A stretch of 40,090 bases of DNA, taken from positions 1 through 40,090 of the IMG/VR virus record IMGVR_UViG_3300048890_000052; one strand, 5' to 3'. Made by a program: the position numbers and the translations under genes. Under the pieces are notes generated by a model. It was not told the DNA's origin. It saw only the letters and a list, made by a program, of their open reading frames with translations, and ran no database searches. This DNA is from a virus. Below are positions 31,933-38,732 of the stretch, in pieces. The first letter of the stretch is position 1; every line of letters begins with the position of its first letter.

Positions 31933-32253
31933 ATGGCTGATACTGCGACTGCCGACGACAACTGGATCGGCAAATATGTGATCGTCCGCACCCGCGACGC
32001 CGGCGTGCATGCGGGCGTCCTCAGAGCCCGGCATGAGCGCCTGGCCGAACTCACCGAAAGCCGCCGGCTCTGGTACTGGAAGCCCGCCAATAAAGCGGCG
32101 TTCCTGTCCGGCGTCGCGACCGAGGGCCTACACAAGGACAGCAAGATCGGCGCGCCGATCGACATCGTGCTCACCGAAAATTGCGAGATCATCGCTTGCG
32201 GCGAAGCGGCAGAGGCGAGCATCCGCGCTCACCCGAGCCATGAGGGCCGTTGA
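31933..32253 (+). CDS. Hypothetical protein (106 aa)
   Basis: RBS AAGGAG 5 nt upstream. The conserved-looking core is KYVIVRTRDAGVHAGVL. Confidence 0.6.
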   Translation: MADTATADDNWIGKYVIVRTRDAGVHAGVLRARHERLAELTESRRLWYWKPANKAAFLSGVATEGLHKDSKIGAPIDIVLTENCEIIACGEAAEASIRAHPSHEGR

Positions 32254-32551
32254 TGTGGGCGGGCAAACAGCTGCCGGCGACGGCTACGGCTCCGGCTCCG
32301 GCTACGGCGACGGCTCCGGCTCCGGCTACGGCTCCGGCTACGGCGACGGCTCCGGCTACGGCGACGGCTCCGGCTACGGCGACGGCTCCGGCTACGGCGA
32401 CGGCTCCGGCTACGGCTCCGGCGACGGCGACGGCTCCGGCTACGGCTCCGGCTCCGGCTACGGCTACGGCTACGGCGACGGCGACGGCTCCGGCTCCGGC
32501 TACGGCGACGGCTCCGGCTCCGGCGACGGCTCCGGCTACGGCTCCGGCTGA
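32240..32551 (+). CDS. (Gly-X)n low-complexity repeat protein, X = Asp/Tyr/Ser (103 aa from ATG 32240; GTG 32255 possible)
   Basis: This frame gives GDGYGSGSGYGDGSGSGYG.. and ends at TGA 32549-32551 directly after the repeat. The same frame continues into the DUF4326-like ORF. Confidence 0.4.
   Translation: MRAVDVGGQTAAGDGYGSGSGYGDGSGSGYGSGYGDGSGYGDGSGYGDGSGYGDGSGYGSGDGDGSGYGSGSGYGYGYGDGDGSGSGYGDGSGSGDGSGYGSG
32276..32548. repeat. Hexanucleotide tandem repeat (GGC-GAC / GGC-TAC / GGC-TCC), about 45 units
   Basis: Uninterrupted 273 nt of GGCNNC units. It is open in all three plus-strand frames and in at least one minus-strand frame (ORF 32189-32680). Confidence 0.9.
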
Positions 32552-32914
32552 GCGTGCCTCGGATCGAGGCGGCTGCCGCGCACGCGCCGCAAATATGCCA
32601 TTGCCCCAGCTGGGGCCATCTACGTTGGCCGCCCGACCATCTGGAGCAATCCCTTTTCCGGGAGGCACCGGATCGGCCATGCGCGCAGCGTCATCCTTTA
32701 CCGGGCATGGATCCGGGGCGACCTGACAACCAGGATCCTAGCCGCCGCAGGCTTTAGCTTGGCCGAGATCGAGGCATTGCAACGCTGGCGCGCACGCCTG
32801 CTGCCGCGGCTGCAGCAGCTCGCTGGAAAGGACCTGCAATGCTGGTGCCCGCTCACGTCGCCGTGGTGCCACGCCGACGTGCTGCTGAACACAGCCAATG
32901 GCGGGCGGATATGA
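32552..32914 (+). CDS. DUF4326-like protein segment (120 codons) lacking its own ATG/GTG/TTG start
   Basis: AIYVGRPTIWSNPF ... GKDLQCWCPLTSPWCHADVLL matches the DUF4326 signature (GRPxxWGNPF, CHADVL). The open frame begins right after TGA 32549-32551. Its stop is ATGA-coupled to the next gene. Confidence 0.6.
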   Translation, partial: ACLGSRRLPRTRRKYAIAPAGAIYVGRPTIWSNPFSGRHRIGHARSVILYRAWIRGDLTTRILAAAGFSLAEIEALQRWRARLLPRLQQLAGKDLQCWCPLTSPWCHADVLLNTANGGRI

Positions 32915-33054
32915 CCCTGCCCGCCTCGATCAGCCCACCCTCGCCCGAGGCATCCGCGCTCCTCGAGCACGCGCCCGAGGAAGACGAGTGCACCTGCGAG
33001 GAGCACCGCCGCCGCCCTTCCCCGGAGCCAGAGAACCTCGATGTCAATGACTGA
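32911..33054 (+). CDS. Small acidic protein (47 aa)
   Basis: MTLPASISPPSPEASALLEHAPEEDECTCEEH.. ATGA-coupled to the DUF4326-like ORF. Confidence 0.4.
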   Translation: MTLPASISPPSPEASALLEHAPEEDECTCEEHRRRPSPEPENLDVND

Positions 33055-33619
33055 TCCCTTCACCGCCGTCCAGCTCACCCTGGGCCAGCCCATCGCCCGC
33101 GCCGACCATGAGGACACCATTCCCATCCTCACCGGCGAGGCGCTGCGCCTGATCATCGCCGAGCGGCTCGAGCAGGTGACCAAGCATGGCAACACGATCG
33201 ACCATGATCTGGCCCATGACGGCGCCGAGATCGCCCTGGCCGCCAAGGCCTATCTCGACGCCTATATCGACCTGGCGCTTCGCCCCGACCTGGTCCCGTC
33301 ATCGCCGCCGGAGAGCTGGCCCTGGCAGCTGGATTTCTGGAAGGAGCCAGGCCCGCACGACCAGGTCAAGGCGCTGGTCAAGGCGATCGCCCTCGCCTGG
33401 GCGGAACTCGACCGCATCCTCGCCGCCCAGGATATCCTCAACCGCTTCATCGCGATCACGGCCGAGGATTTCACCGATGCCGCCAGCTGCCGCGTCTGCG
33501 GCTGCACCAACACCCGCGCCTGCACCCGCGACCGCGTGACCGGCGAACCAATCGCGCCCTGCCACTGGGTCGAACCCGACCTCTGCAGCGCCTGCCTTTC
33601 AACCCAGGGTGACGGTTGA
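33041..33619 (+). CDS. Hypothetical protein (192 aa) with Cys-rich C-terminal module
   Basis: CRVCGCTNTRACTRDRVTGEPIAPCHWVEPDLCSAC at the C-terminus. Overlaps the upstream gene. Confidence 0.55.
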   Translation: MSMTDPFTAVQLTLGQPIARADHEDTIPILTGEALRLIIAERLEQVTKHGNTIDHDLAHDGAEIALAAKAYLDAYIDLALRPDLVPSSPPESWPWQLDFWKEPGPHDQVKALVKAIALAWAELDRILAAQDILNRFIAITAEDFTDAASCRVCGCTNTRACTRDRVTGEPIAPCHWVEPDLCSACLSTQGDG

Positions 33620-33774
33620 TGGCCCCGCCCGATCCCCACTGGGCCGACGATGCCGAGACGCAGGCCGCGGCGCGCGATCGCGCCCGTGTCGAGCGCGCCA
33701 TGGCGATCGCGGCCGTCGCGCTGCTCGTCTGGCTGGCCATGGGCGTCGCGATCACCCTGATCGAGGCGCGCTGA
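33619..33774 (+). CDS. Small single-TM protein (51 aa)
   Basis: The ATG shares 1 nt with the upstream TGA. TM segment AMAIAAVALLVWLAMGVAITLI. Confidence 0.4.
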   Translation: MAPPDPHWADDAETQAAARDRARVERAMAIAAVALLVWLAMGVAITLIEAR

Positions 33775-33776
33775 TC

Positions 33777-33995
33777 ATGGCCGGCCACCCCACATTCGAC
33801 CAGGTCGACCAGCGCATCGCGGCCTATGCCCGCATCGAGCGCGAGCGTCCGCTCACCCAGGCCGAATGCGCGGATCTCGACCGGCTCCACGCCCGCCGCA
33901 CCCTGCGCCTGTCCCGCCTCCCCAACCAAATCGCAGCCACCCGCGAAAAGCTCGAGCGGCTTCTGGCCATCTATCAAGGAAAGGCCGCAGCATGA
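33777..33995 (+). CDS. Hypothetical protein (72 aa)
   Basis: MAGHPTFDQVDQRIAAYARIERERPLTQAE.. Stop is ATGA-coupled to the next gene. Confidence 0.5.
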   Translation: MAGHPTFDQVDQRIAAYARIERERPLTQAECADLDRLHARRTLRLSRLPNQIAATREKLERLLAIYQGKAAA

Positions 33996-34456
33996 GGCGT
34001 TCGCCTATCATCTTAACCGGTTACCGCGAGGGCCACATCCTTGGCTTTGGTCGGAAGTTCTATTGCGTGTTCAAGCAGGATTTTCCGATGGAATTTTGGT
34101 ATGGACTAGTGCCAGGCGCGAACCGGGAAGACGCACCGATTGAGCAAATGATCGATGTGCGGACGCTGCCCGCGCAATTTGTCCAACCAGCATATCCGCT
34201 GGAAGTCGATACCAGCGATCTACCTCCCCCGTTCAGTCGCAGCGTAAACATTAAATGGACCAGACGCTTGAACCGCCAGCGCCTGCACCATTGCTTCGCC
34301 TTGGGAACGGCGGTGCGGGATGGCTTCGATTTCGAGGCACACGCCTTCGAGCAGGAGCGCATCGCCCGCATAGAGGCCCAGGCATATAGGCAACGACAGG
34401 CCGAGCACACGACGCGCTTGGCTGCCGGCGAAATCGAAGACGAGTGCCCCTGGTGA
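33992..34456 (+). CDS. Hypothetical protein (154 aa), lower-GC island
   Basis: ATGA-coupled start. The N-terminal half is visibly AT-richer than neighbouring genes. Confidence 0.5.
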   Translation: MRRSPIILTGYREGHILGFGRKFYCVFKQDFPMEFWYGLVPGANREDAPIEQMIDVRTLPAQFVQPAYPLEVDTSDLPPPFSRSVNIKWTRRLNRQRLHHCFALGTAVRDGFDFEAHAFEQERIARIEAQAYRQRQAEHTTRLAAGEIEDECPW

Positions 34457-35109
34457 CCGCCCTCGACCCCCGCTTCCCCTGTCTCTCCCCCGACAGCGCG
34501 GAGCCCGACGCCATCCCCCTCCGCCACCAGATCGAGGAGATCGCGCGCGAGCTCGAGCAGCGCCGCGCCGCCTATCCCCGCTGGGTCGACAAGGGCCAGC
34601 TCGCCCAATATGACGCCGACCGCCAGGTCGACATGCTCCGCTGCATCCTCGCCGATCTGCGCTGGAACGAGGCGATCAGGATCTGGGCCGGCCAGGAAAC
34701 CGCCGAGGCCTGGGCCGAAGTCGAGCGCCGCCGCGCGCGCGCGCTCGAGGAGCTCACCCGCTTCCCCTGGTCGCAGCTGGTCGGCGAGCTGCAGCGCGAG
34801 ATCCTCATGCGCCGCCGCGCCTATCCCAAATGGATCCGGGGCGGCACCCTCGACCCGGACCAGGCCCGCCACCGGCTCGAGCGGTTCGAGGCCGTGCATT
34901 TCAACTGGTGGCGCTGGGGCAATCATTTCATGCCCGACGGCCTCACCCAGGCCGCGATCGGGCAGCCCGGCGAGGCCCGCGACCGCTTCACCCTCGAATG
35001 CCGCGCCCACCGCGCCCTGTTCGACCCCGACGGCCGCCGCGGCGAATATGCCAGCGCCGGCGCATCGCAGCCGCCCGCTCAGCCCGAGCCGGAGCTCGCC
35101 TTCGCATGA
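34453..35109 (+). CDS. Hypothetical protein (218 aa) with internal duplication
   Basis: GTGA-coupled start. There are two copies of an approximately 50-aa unit containing RR-x-AYP-(R/K)-W ... G-x-L ... RW. Confidence 0.55.
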   Translation: MTALDPRFPCLSPDSAEPDAIPLRHQIEEIARELEQRRAAYPRWVDKGQLAQYDADRQVDMLRCILADLRWNEAIRIWAGQETAEAWAEVERRRARALEELTRFPWSQLVGELQREILMRRRAYPKWIRGGTLDPDQARHRLERFEAVHFNWWRWGNHFMPDGLTQAAIGQPGEARDRFTLECRAHRALFDPDGRRGEYASAGASQPPAQPEPELAFA

Positions 35110-35186
35110 GATCGCCCCGCCCCGACTGGATCATCTTCCTCGCCCTGGTCATCGGCTGCGCGATCACCAGCGGGATCCATTCATGA
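35106..35186 (+). CDS. Micro-ORF, TM peptide (26 aa)
   Basis: MRSPRPDWIIFLALVIGCAITSGIHS. ATGA-coupled at both ends. Confidence 0.3.
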   Translation: MRSPRPDWIIFLALVIGCAITSGIHS

Positions 35187-35449
35187 ACGACACGCCAAAG
35201 GAGCACCGCGTGAAAAACAAATTGTCCGACCTCAACAACCATCTTTTCGCCCAGCTCGAGCGACTGTCGGATGAGGAGCTTACGCCGGAACAGATCGAGC
35301 ATGAAGTCAAGCGTGCCGACGCGATCTGCGCGGTGGCGGACCAGATCGCGCGGGGCGCGGACCTGCAGCTCAAGGCGTGCAAGCTGATCGCGGACCATGG
35401 CGATCGCTTCATCCATCAGCTGCCCATGATCGAGCAGAAAATCGCATGA
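35183..35449 (+). CDS. Hypothetical helical protein (88 aa)
   Basis: ATGA-coupled at both ends. Amphipathic, acidic. Confidence 0.5.
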   Translation: MNDTPKEHRVKNKLSDLNNHLFAQLERLSDEELTPEQIEHEVKRADAICAVADQIARGADLQLKACKLIADHGDRFIHQLPMIEQKIA

Positions 35450-36084
35450 GGGGACGCGCGATCCTGTACAGCGCCGATGAACTCGCGTGGATCGAACGGC
35501 GCAAGGACTGGAAGCGCTCGGATCTGCATGCCGCCTTCCGCACCCAGTTCGGCCGTGCCGACGTCTCCTGCGCGCATATCAAGGCCCTGTGCAAACGTCG
35601 GGGCTGGTTCACCGGCAGGACTGGCCGGTTTGATCCGGGCGCCGTGCCTGCGAACAAGGGCAAGAAGATGCCCTATCACCCGAACAGTGCCGCGACCCGC
35701 TTCAAAAAGGGCAATTTGCCGCACAATACCCAGTATCTCGGCCATGAACGCCTGTCGAAGGACGGCTATGTCGAGATCAGCGTCGACCAGCCGAACCCGC
35801 ACACCGGCTTTTCCCGCCGCTATGTGCAGAAGCATCGCTGGTTATGGGAACAGGCCAACGGCCCGGTGCCGGCAGGCATGGTGCTCAAATGCCTGGGCGA
35901 CAAGCTGGATACCGATCCGTCGAACTGGAAGCTGGTGCCACGCGCCATCCTGCCCCGGCTGAACGGCCGCTTCGGACGAGGCTATGACACCGCCGCGGCC
36001 GAAGTGAAGCCGACGATCATGGCCATCGCGGAGCTCGAGCACCGAGCCCGGATGGCAAAAGCCAAGGAGCAAGGCGGTGAGTGA
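35446..36084 (+). CDS. HNH endonuclease (212 aa)
   Basis: GYVEISVDQPNPHTGFSRRYVQKHRWLWEQANGPVPAGMVLKCLGDKLDTDPSNWKL follows the HNH_3-type pattern. Confidence 0.75.
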   Translation: MRGRAILYSADELAWIERRKDWKRSDLHAAFRTQFGRADVSCAHIKALCKRRGWFTGRTGRFDPGAVPANKGKKMPYHPNSAATRFKKGNLPHNTQYLGHERLSKDGYVEISVDQPNPHTGFSRRYVQKHRWLWEQANGPVPAGMVLKCLGDKLDTDPSNWKLVPRAILPRLNGRFGRGYDTAAAEVKPTIMAIAELEHRARMAKAKEQGGE

Positions 36085-36164
36085 TACCCCGCGCGGGAGG
36101 CGGCGTGACCTTGCCAGCCCCGAAACGATCCCTCACAACGACAAGCTCAAAAGGGGGAAATGAA

Positions 36165-36386
36165 ATGACAGAGTTCTGGCTCGGCCTGGCTTTCGCGGCT
36201 CTGGGCATAATATTCTTCCGCATTGCCCTTAGCGGCCATCGGCGCAACGTAGCCCTAAGAACGGCGGGCCTTTGCATCGGCTGCGGGAACCAGGTCGAGG
36301 ACACACCGGCAGGGGAAGCCCCTGTCGCGCTAACCCGAAAAAATGATACATGCCAAGCGTGCCAGCTAGACATGATAGCCTGGTGA
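36165..36386 (+). CDS. Small membrane protein with CxxC...CxxC motif (73 aa)
   Basis: RBS GGGGGA. TM segment FWLGLAFAALGIIFFRIAL, then CIGCG..CQAC. Lower-GC island. Confidence 0.5.
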   Translation: MTEFWLGLAFAALGIIFFRIALSGHRRNVALRTAGLCIGCGNQVEDTPAGEAPVALTRKNDTCQACQLDMIAW

Positions 36387-36451
36387 GACCCATTAACCCG
36401 CCCGCGCCGCCACGCGCATAACCTCGCCCGCCTGCTCGACGGAAGGCACCC

Positions 36452-37732
36452 ATGGCAAAGATCGACATTCCCGGCCTGGTCATCAAGACCCGCGGCGCCC
36501 GCGTCTACCATTATTGGCAGCCGTCGGCCGCGCTGCGCAAGGCGGGCTGGACGGCCCTCACCCTCGGATCCGACCTGCGCACCGCCATGAAGCTGGCCGA
36601 GGCGCAGAACGACAAGGTCGAGGAGTGGCGCAGCGGCGGCGCCAAGCCCCGCCAGGTCAGGAAGTTCATCGCCGGCGGCACCGTCGACCAGCTGATCGCC
36701 CGCTTCAAGGCGCTGCGCTATCCCACGATCAAGCCCAGCACCGAAAAAACCTACAACTGGGCCCTGGGCGCGATCAGCAAATGGGCCGGGCCGGAGAAGG
36801 TCGCCCACATCGATCGCAACCGGGTACGCAAGCTGCGCGACGTGCTGCTGAAACCCGACAGCTTGACCGGCATCGTCAGCCTCAACCGCGCCAACGGCAT
36901 CATGCGCGTGCTTTCCACGCTGATGAAATTCGCGATCGACGAAGGCTTTTTGCAGCAGGACGCCCGCAACCCGGCCTCCGATCACAATGTCCCGTCGGCG
37001 GATCCACGCCATCAGGTCTGGTCGCCCGCCGCCGTCGACCTGATCGTCGCGGCCGCGCTCGAGGCGGGCCAGCCCGGGCTGGCGCTCGCCATCCTGCTCG
37101 CCCGCGAATGCGCGCAGCGCGAGGGCGACCTCATCAAGTTCCCGATCAGCAAATGGGCCGCCATTCCCCGCCACAAGCTCGAGGCCGACGACTGGGAGCG
37201 CATGGCCGAGCCCGGCCCGGACGGCACCCGCGACGTGCGCGGCGTGCGCCTGCGCCAGGGCAAGACCAATCGCTGGATCGAGGTGCCGATCGTCGGCGAC
37301 ACCCGCCGCCTGATCGAGGACGCGATCGCCGAGGCGCGCCAGGACGGCACCACCGTCCTGCTGCAGGAGCGCCGCCAGGACGCCCAGGGCGAGGCCGTGC
37401 GCGTGCCGTGGACCGGAACACGCCTGCAACGCGCCATCGCCGCCCTGCGGCCACTGGCGGCCGCCAGCGCGCGCGAAAATGGCGATGAGGATCTCGCGGC
37501 CGAGATCGAGGATCTGCAATTCCGCGACCTGCGGCGCACCGCCGTCGTCTGGCTGGGAGAGCTCGGCATCGAGGACCACCTGATCGCCGCGATCACCGGC
37601 CACAATCTTGACCAGACCAAGCAGATCCTCGAGACCTACATGCCCCGCAATACCAAGATGGCCGGCAAGGCGATCGCGCTCCGCCTCGAGCGCGACCGGA
37701 CGACGCCGGCGACGAAGGAGAAGCAGGCGTGA
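36452..37732 (+). CDS. int: Tyrosine integrase (426 aa)
   Basis: C-terminal catalytic signature FRDLRRTAV (Arg), AITGH (His), ILETYMP (Tyr). N-terminal SAM-like region. Adjacent to a tRNA-derived attP candidate. Confidence 0.9.
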   Translation: MAKIDIPGLVIKTRGARVYHYWQPSAALRKAGWTALTLGSDLRTAMKLAEAQNDKVEEWRSGGAKPRQVRKFIAGGTVDQLIARFKALRYPTIKPSTEKTYNWALGAISKWAGPEKVAHIDRNRVRKLRDVLLKPDSLTGIVSLNRANGIMRVLSTLMKFAIDEGFLQQDARNPASDHNVPSADPRHQVWSPAAVDLIVAAALEAGQPGLALAILLARECAQREGDLIKFPISKWAAIPRHKLEADDWERMAEPGPDGTRDVRGVRLRQGKTNRWIEVPIVGDTRRLIEDAIAEARQDGTTVLLQERRQDAQGEAVRVPWTGTRLQRAIAALRPLAAASARENGDEDLAAEIEDLQFRDLRRTAVVWLGELGIEDHLIAAITGHNLDQTKQILETYMPRNTKMAGKAIALRLERDRTTPATKEKQA

Positions 37733-37926
37733 CCGAGGCGCAATTCCGCCAGCGCTTCGACGCCGATCAGCGCGACGGCAAGATGACATGGGTAGAGGGC
37801 GCCATCGCCAAGGGCATCGCCGTCGGCAGCGGCACCGCCAACGGCAAGGGCGTGATCCTGCTGCGCGGTGGCGGCCATATCCCGCTCGAGGACGCCGCCT
37901 TCACCACCGCCCCATGGGACGTCTGA
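37729..37926 (+). CDS. Hypothetical protein (65 aa, GTG start)
   Basis: GTGA overlap with the integrase stop. No motif recognised; an excisionase role cannot be supported from the sequence. Confidence 0.4.
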   Translation: MTEAQFRQRFDADQRDGKMTWVEGAIAKGIAVGSGTANGKGVILLRGGGHIPLEDAAFTTAPWDV

Positions 37927-37930
37927 GGCC

Positions 37931-38155
37931 CTAGCGCTCATCATCATTGTGATGATGATGCCGCCCGCCATGCTCGGCCGCCGGCTGGATTGCGTCGCGC
38001 ACCACCCGGTGCACAGCCTGGAACAGATAATAGAATTTGCCCGGATCGATCCGATTGCGCGGATCCAGCCCGCCTATCAGGTCGCCGAGCCCCTCCATCG
38101 CGCCCAGCGCCAGGCTGTTCCTCTCCTCGGCCTCGAGCTTCTGCCTGCGGGTCAT
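37931..38155 (-). CDS. Hypothetical protein with His-rich C-terminus (74 aa; longer starts at 38203/38284 possible)
   Basis: MTRRQKLEAEERNS...EHGGRHHHHNDDER. Convergent with the int operon. Lies between int and attP. Confidence 0.35.
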   Translation of the reverse strand: MTRRQKLEAEERNSLALGAMEGLGDLIGGLDPRNRIDPGKFYYLFQAVHRVVRDAIQPAAEHGGRHHHHNDDER

Positions 38156-38220
38156 GAAGCGTCGTCCATTGACGAAAAACCGCAGCCGAGCTAGTGCGCC
38201 CATCGCCGGTCGACCCGGAG

Positions 38221-38414
38221 CCCGTTGGAATTCCAACGGGGACAATGTTGGAACTTTATTTGCATTTTGCAAAATTCTCCGCATTTTTCAATAACTTGCG
38301 GGTGTAGCTCAATGGTAGAGCAGCAGCTTCCCAATGTGCCTGCAACATGAGATTTCAACGAGTTATCTCGGGGATTTGTTCCAACATTCGTCAGTATTGC
38401 CTTGATGTTGGAAC
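38221..38414. other. attP-like recombination region
   Basis: The tRNA-Gly 5' half is flanked by the 20-bp perfect palindrome CCCGTTGGAATTCCAACGGG (38221-38240), ATGTTGGAAC (38245-38254), GTTCCAACAT (38378-38387) and ATGTTGGAAC (38405-38414). It is AT-rich and has an IHF-like TTCAATAACTTG. It lies about 0.5 kb from int. Confidence 0.6.
38298..38334 (+). tRNA. Truncated tRNA-Gly(CCC): 5' half only (acceptor 5' arm, D arm, anticodon 5' stem and loop); attP core candidate
   Basis: GCGGGTG-TA-GCTC-AATGGTA-GAGC-A-GCAGC-TTCCCAA. The downstream sequence cannot form the anticodon 3' stem or a T arm. Confidence 0.7.
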
Positions 38415-38441
38415 GCATCGTCGGGGCGATATGGCTTTTCC

Positions 38442-38732
38442 CTAGAGGCTGCCGCCAGGGTACATCTCGATCAGCACGGCATCGACCAGGACATAGGTCG
38501 TGCTCATCACGTCGCCGCCGAGATAAACCGCGAACTGCCGGCGACGGTCGCGCCCAGGCGCCGCCAGTGGCGGGATGGTCGCCCGCGTCGCCGCCTTCAC
38601 ATCGTCGGGCTGATCCGCGATCATCGCCTCGACTTCAGCGACCATGGCTTTCCGCGCGGCCGTGGTGGAGGCCGCCAGCCGCTCAGGCTGGTCCACCGCG
38701 TCCATGACGCGCTTGATGGTCCAGCGGATCAT
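38442..38732 (-). CDS. Hypothetical protein (96 aa) downstream of the tail fiber, possible fiber chaperone
   Basis: ATGA overlap with the tail fiber stop. Last gene of the long minus-strand transcription unit. Function inferred from position only. Confidence 0.45.
   Translation of the reverse strand: MIRWTIKRVMDAVDQPERLAASTTAARKAMVAEVEAMIADQPDDVKAATRATIPPLAAPGRDRRRQFAVYLGGDVMSTTYVLVDAVLIEMYPGGSL

Noticed and set aside
32276-32548. Possible CRISPR array or other spaced repeat
   Set aside because: The units are 6 nt and contiguous with no spacers. The iteron region at 23540-23785 also lacks regular repeat-spacer structure, and there are no cas genes.
32250-32726. Alternative reading frames of the hexanucleotide repeat (PATATAPA.. 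on plus; AVAGAGAV.. on minus, 32189-32680)
   Set aside because: The repeat is open in several frames by construction. Only the Gly-X frame terminates right at the repeat end and is in phase with the recognisable DUF4326-like ORF. The alternative frames read through into sequence without features. They cannot be formally excluded without expression data.
38260-38297. Phage-borne promoter driving the tRNA 5' half
   Set aside because: TTGCAT and TTGCAA -35-like hexamers exist, but every -10 candidate at 16-19 nt spacing is poor or would start transcription inside the tRNA. This is kept only as an open question in the attP finding.
38298-38420. Complete tRNA gene
   Set aside because: Only positions 1-38 of a tRNA can be folded. 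No anticodon 3' stem, variable loop, T arm or acceptor 3' strand follows on either strand.
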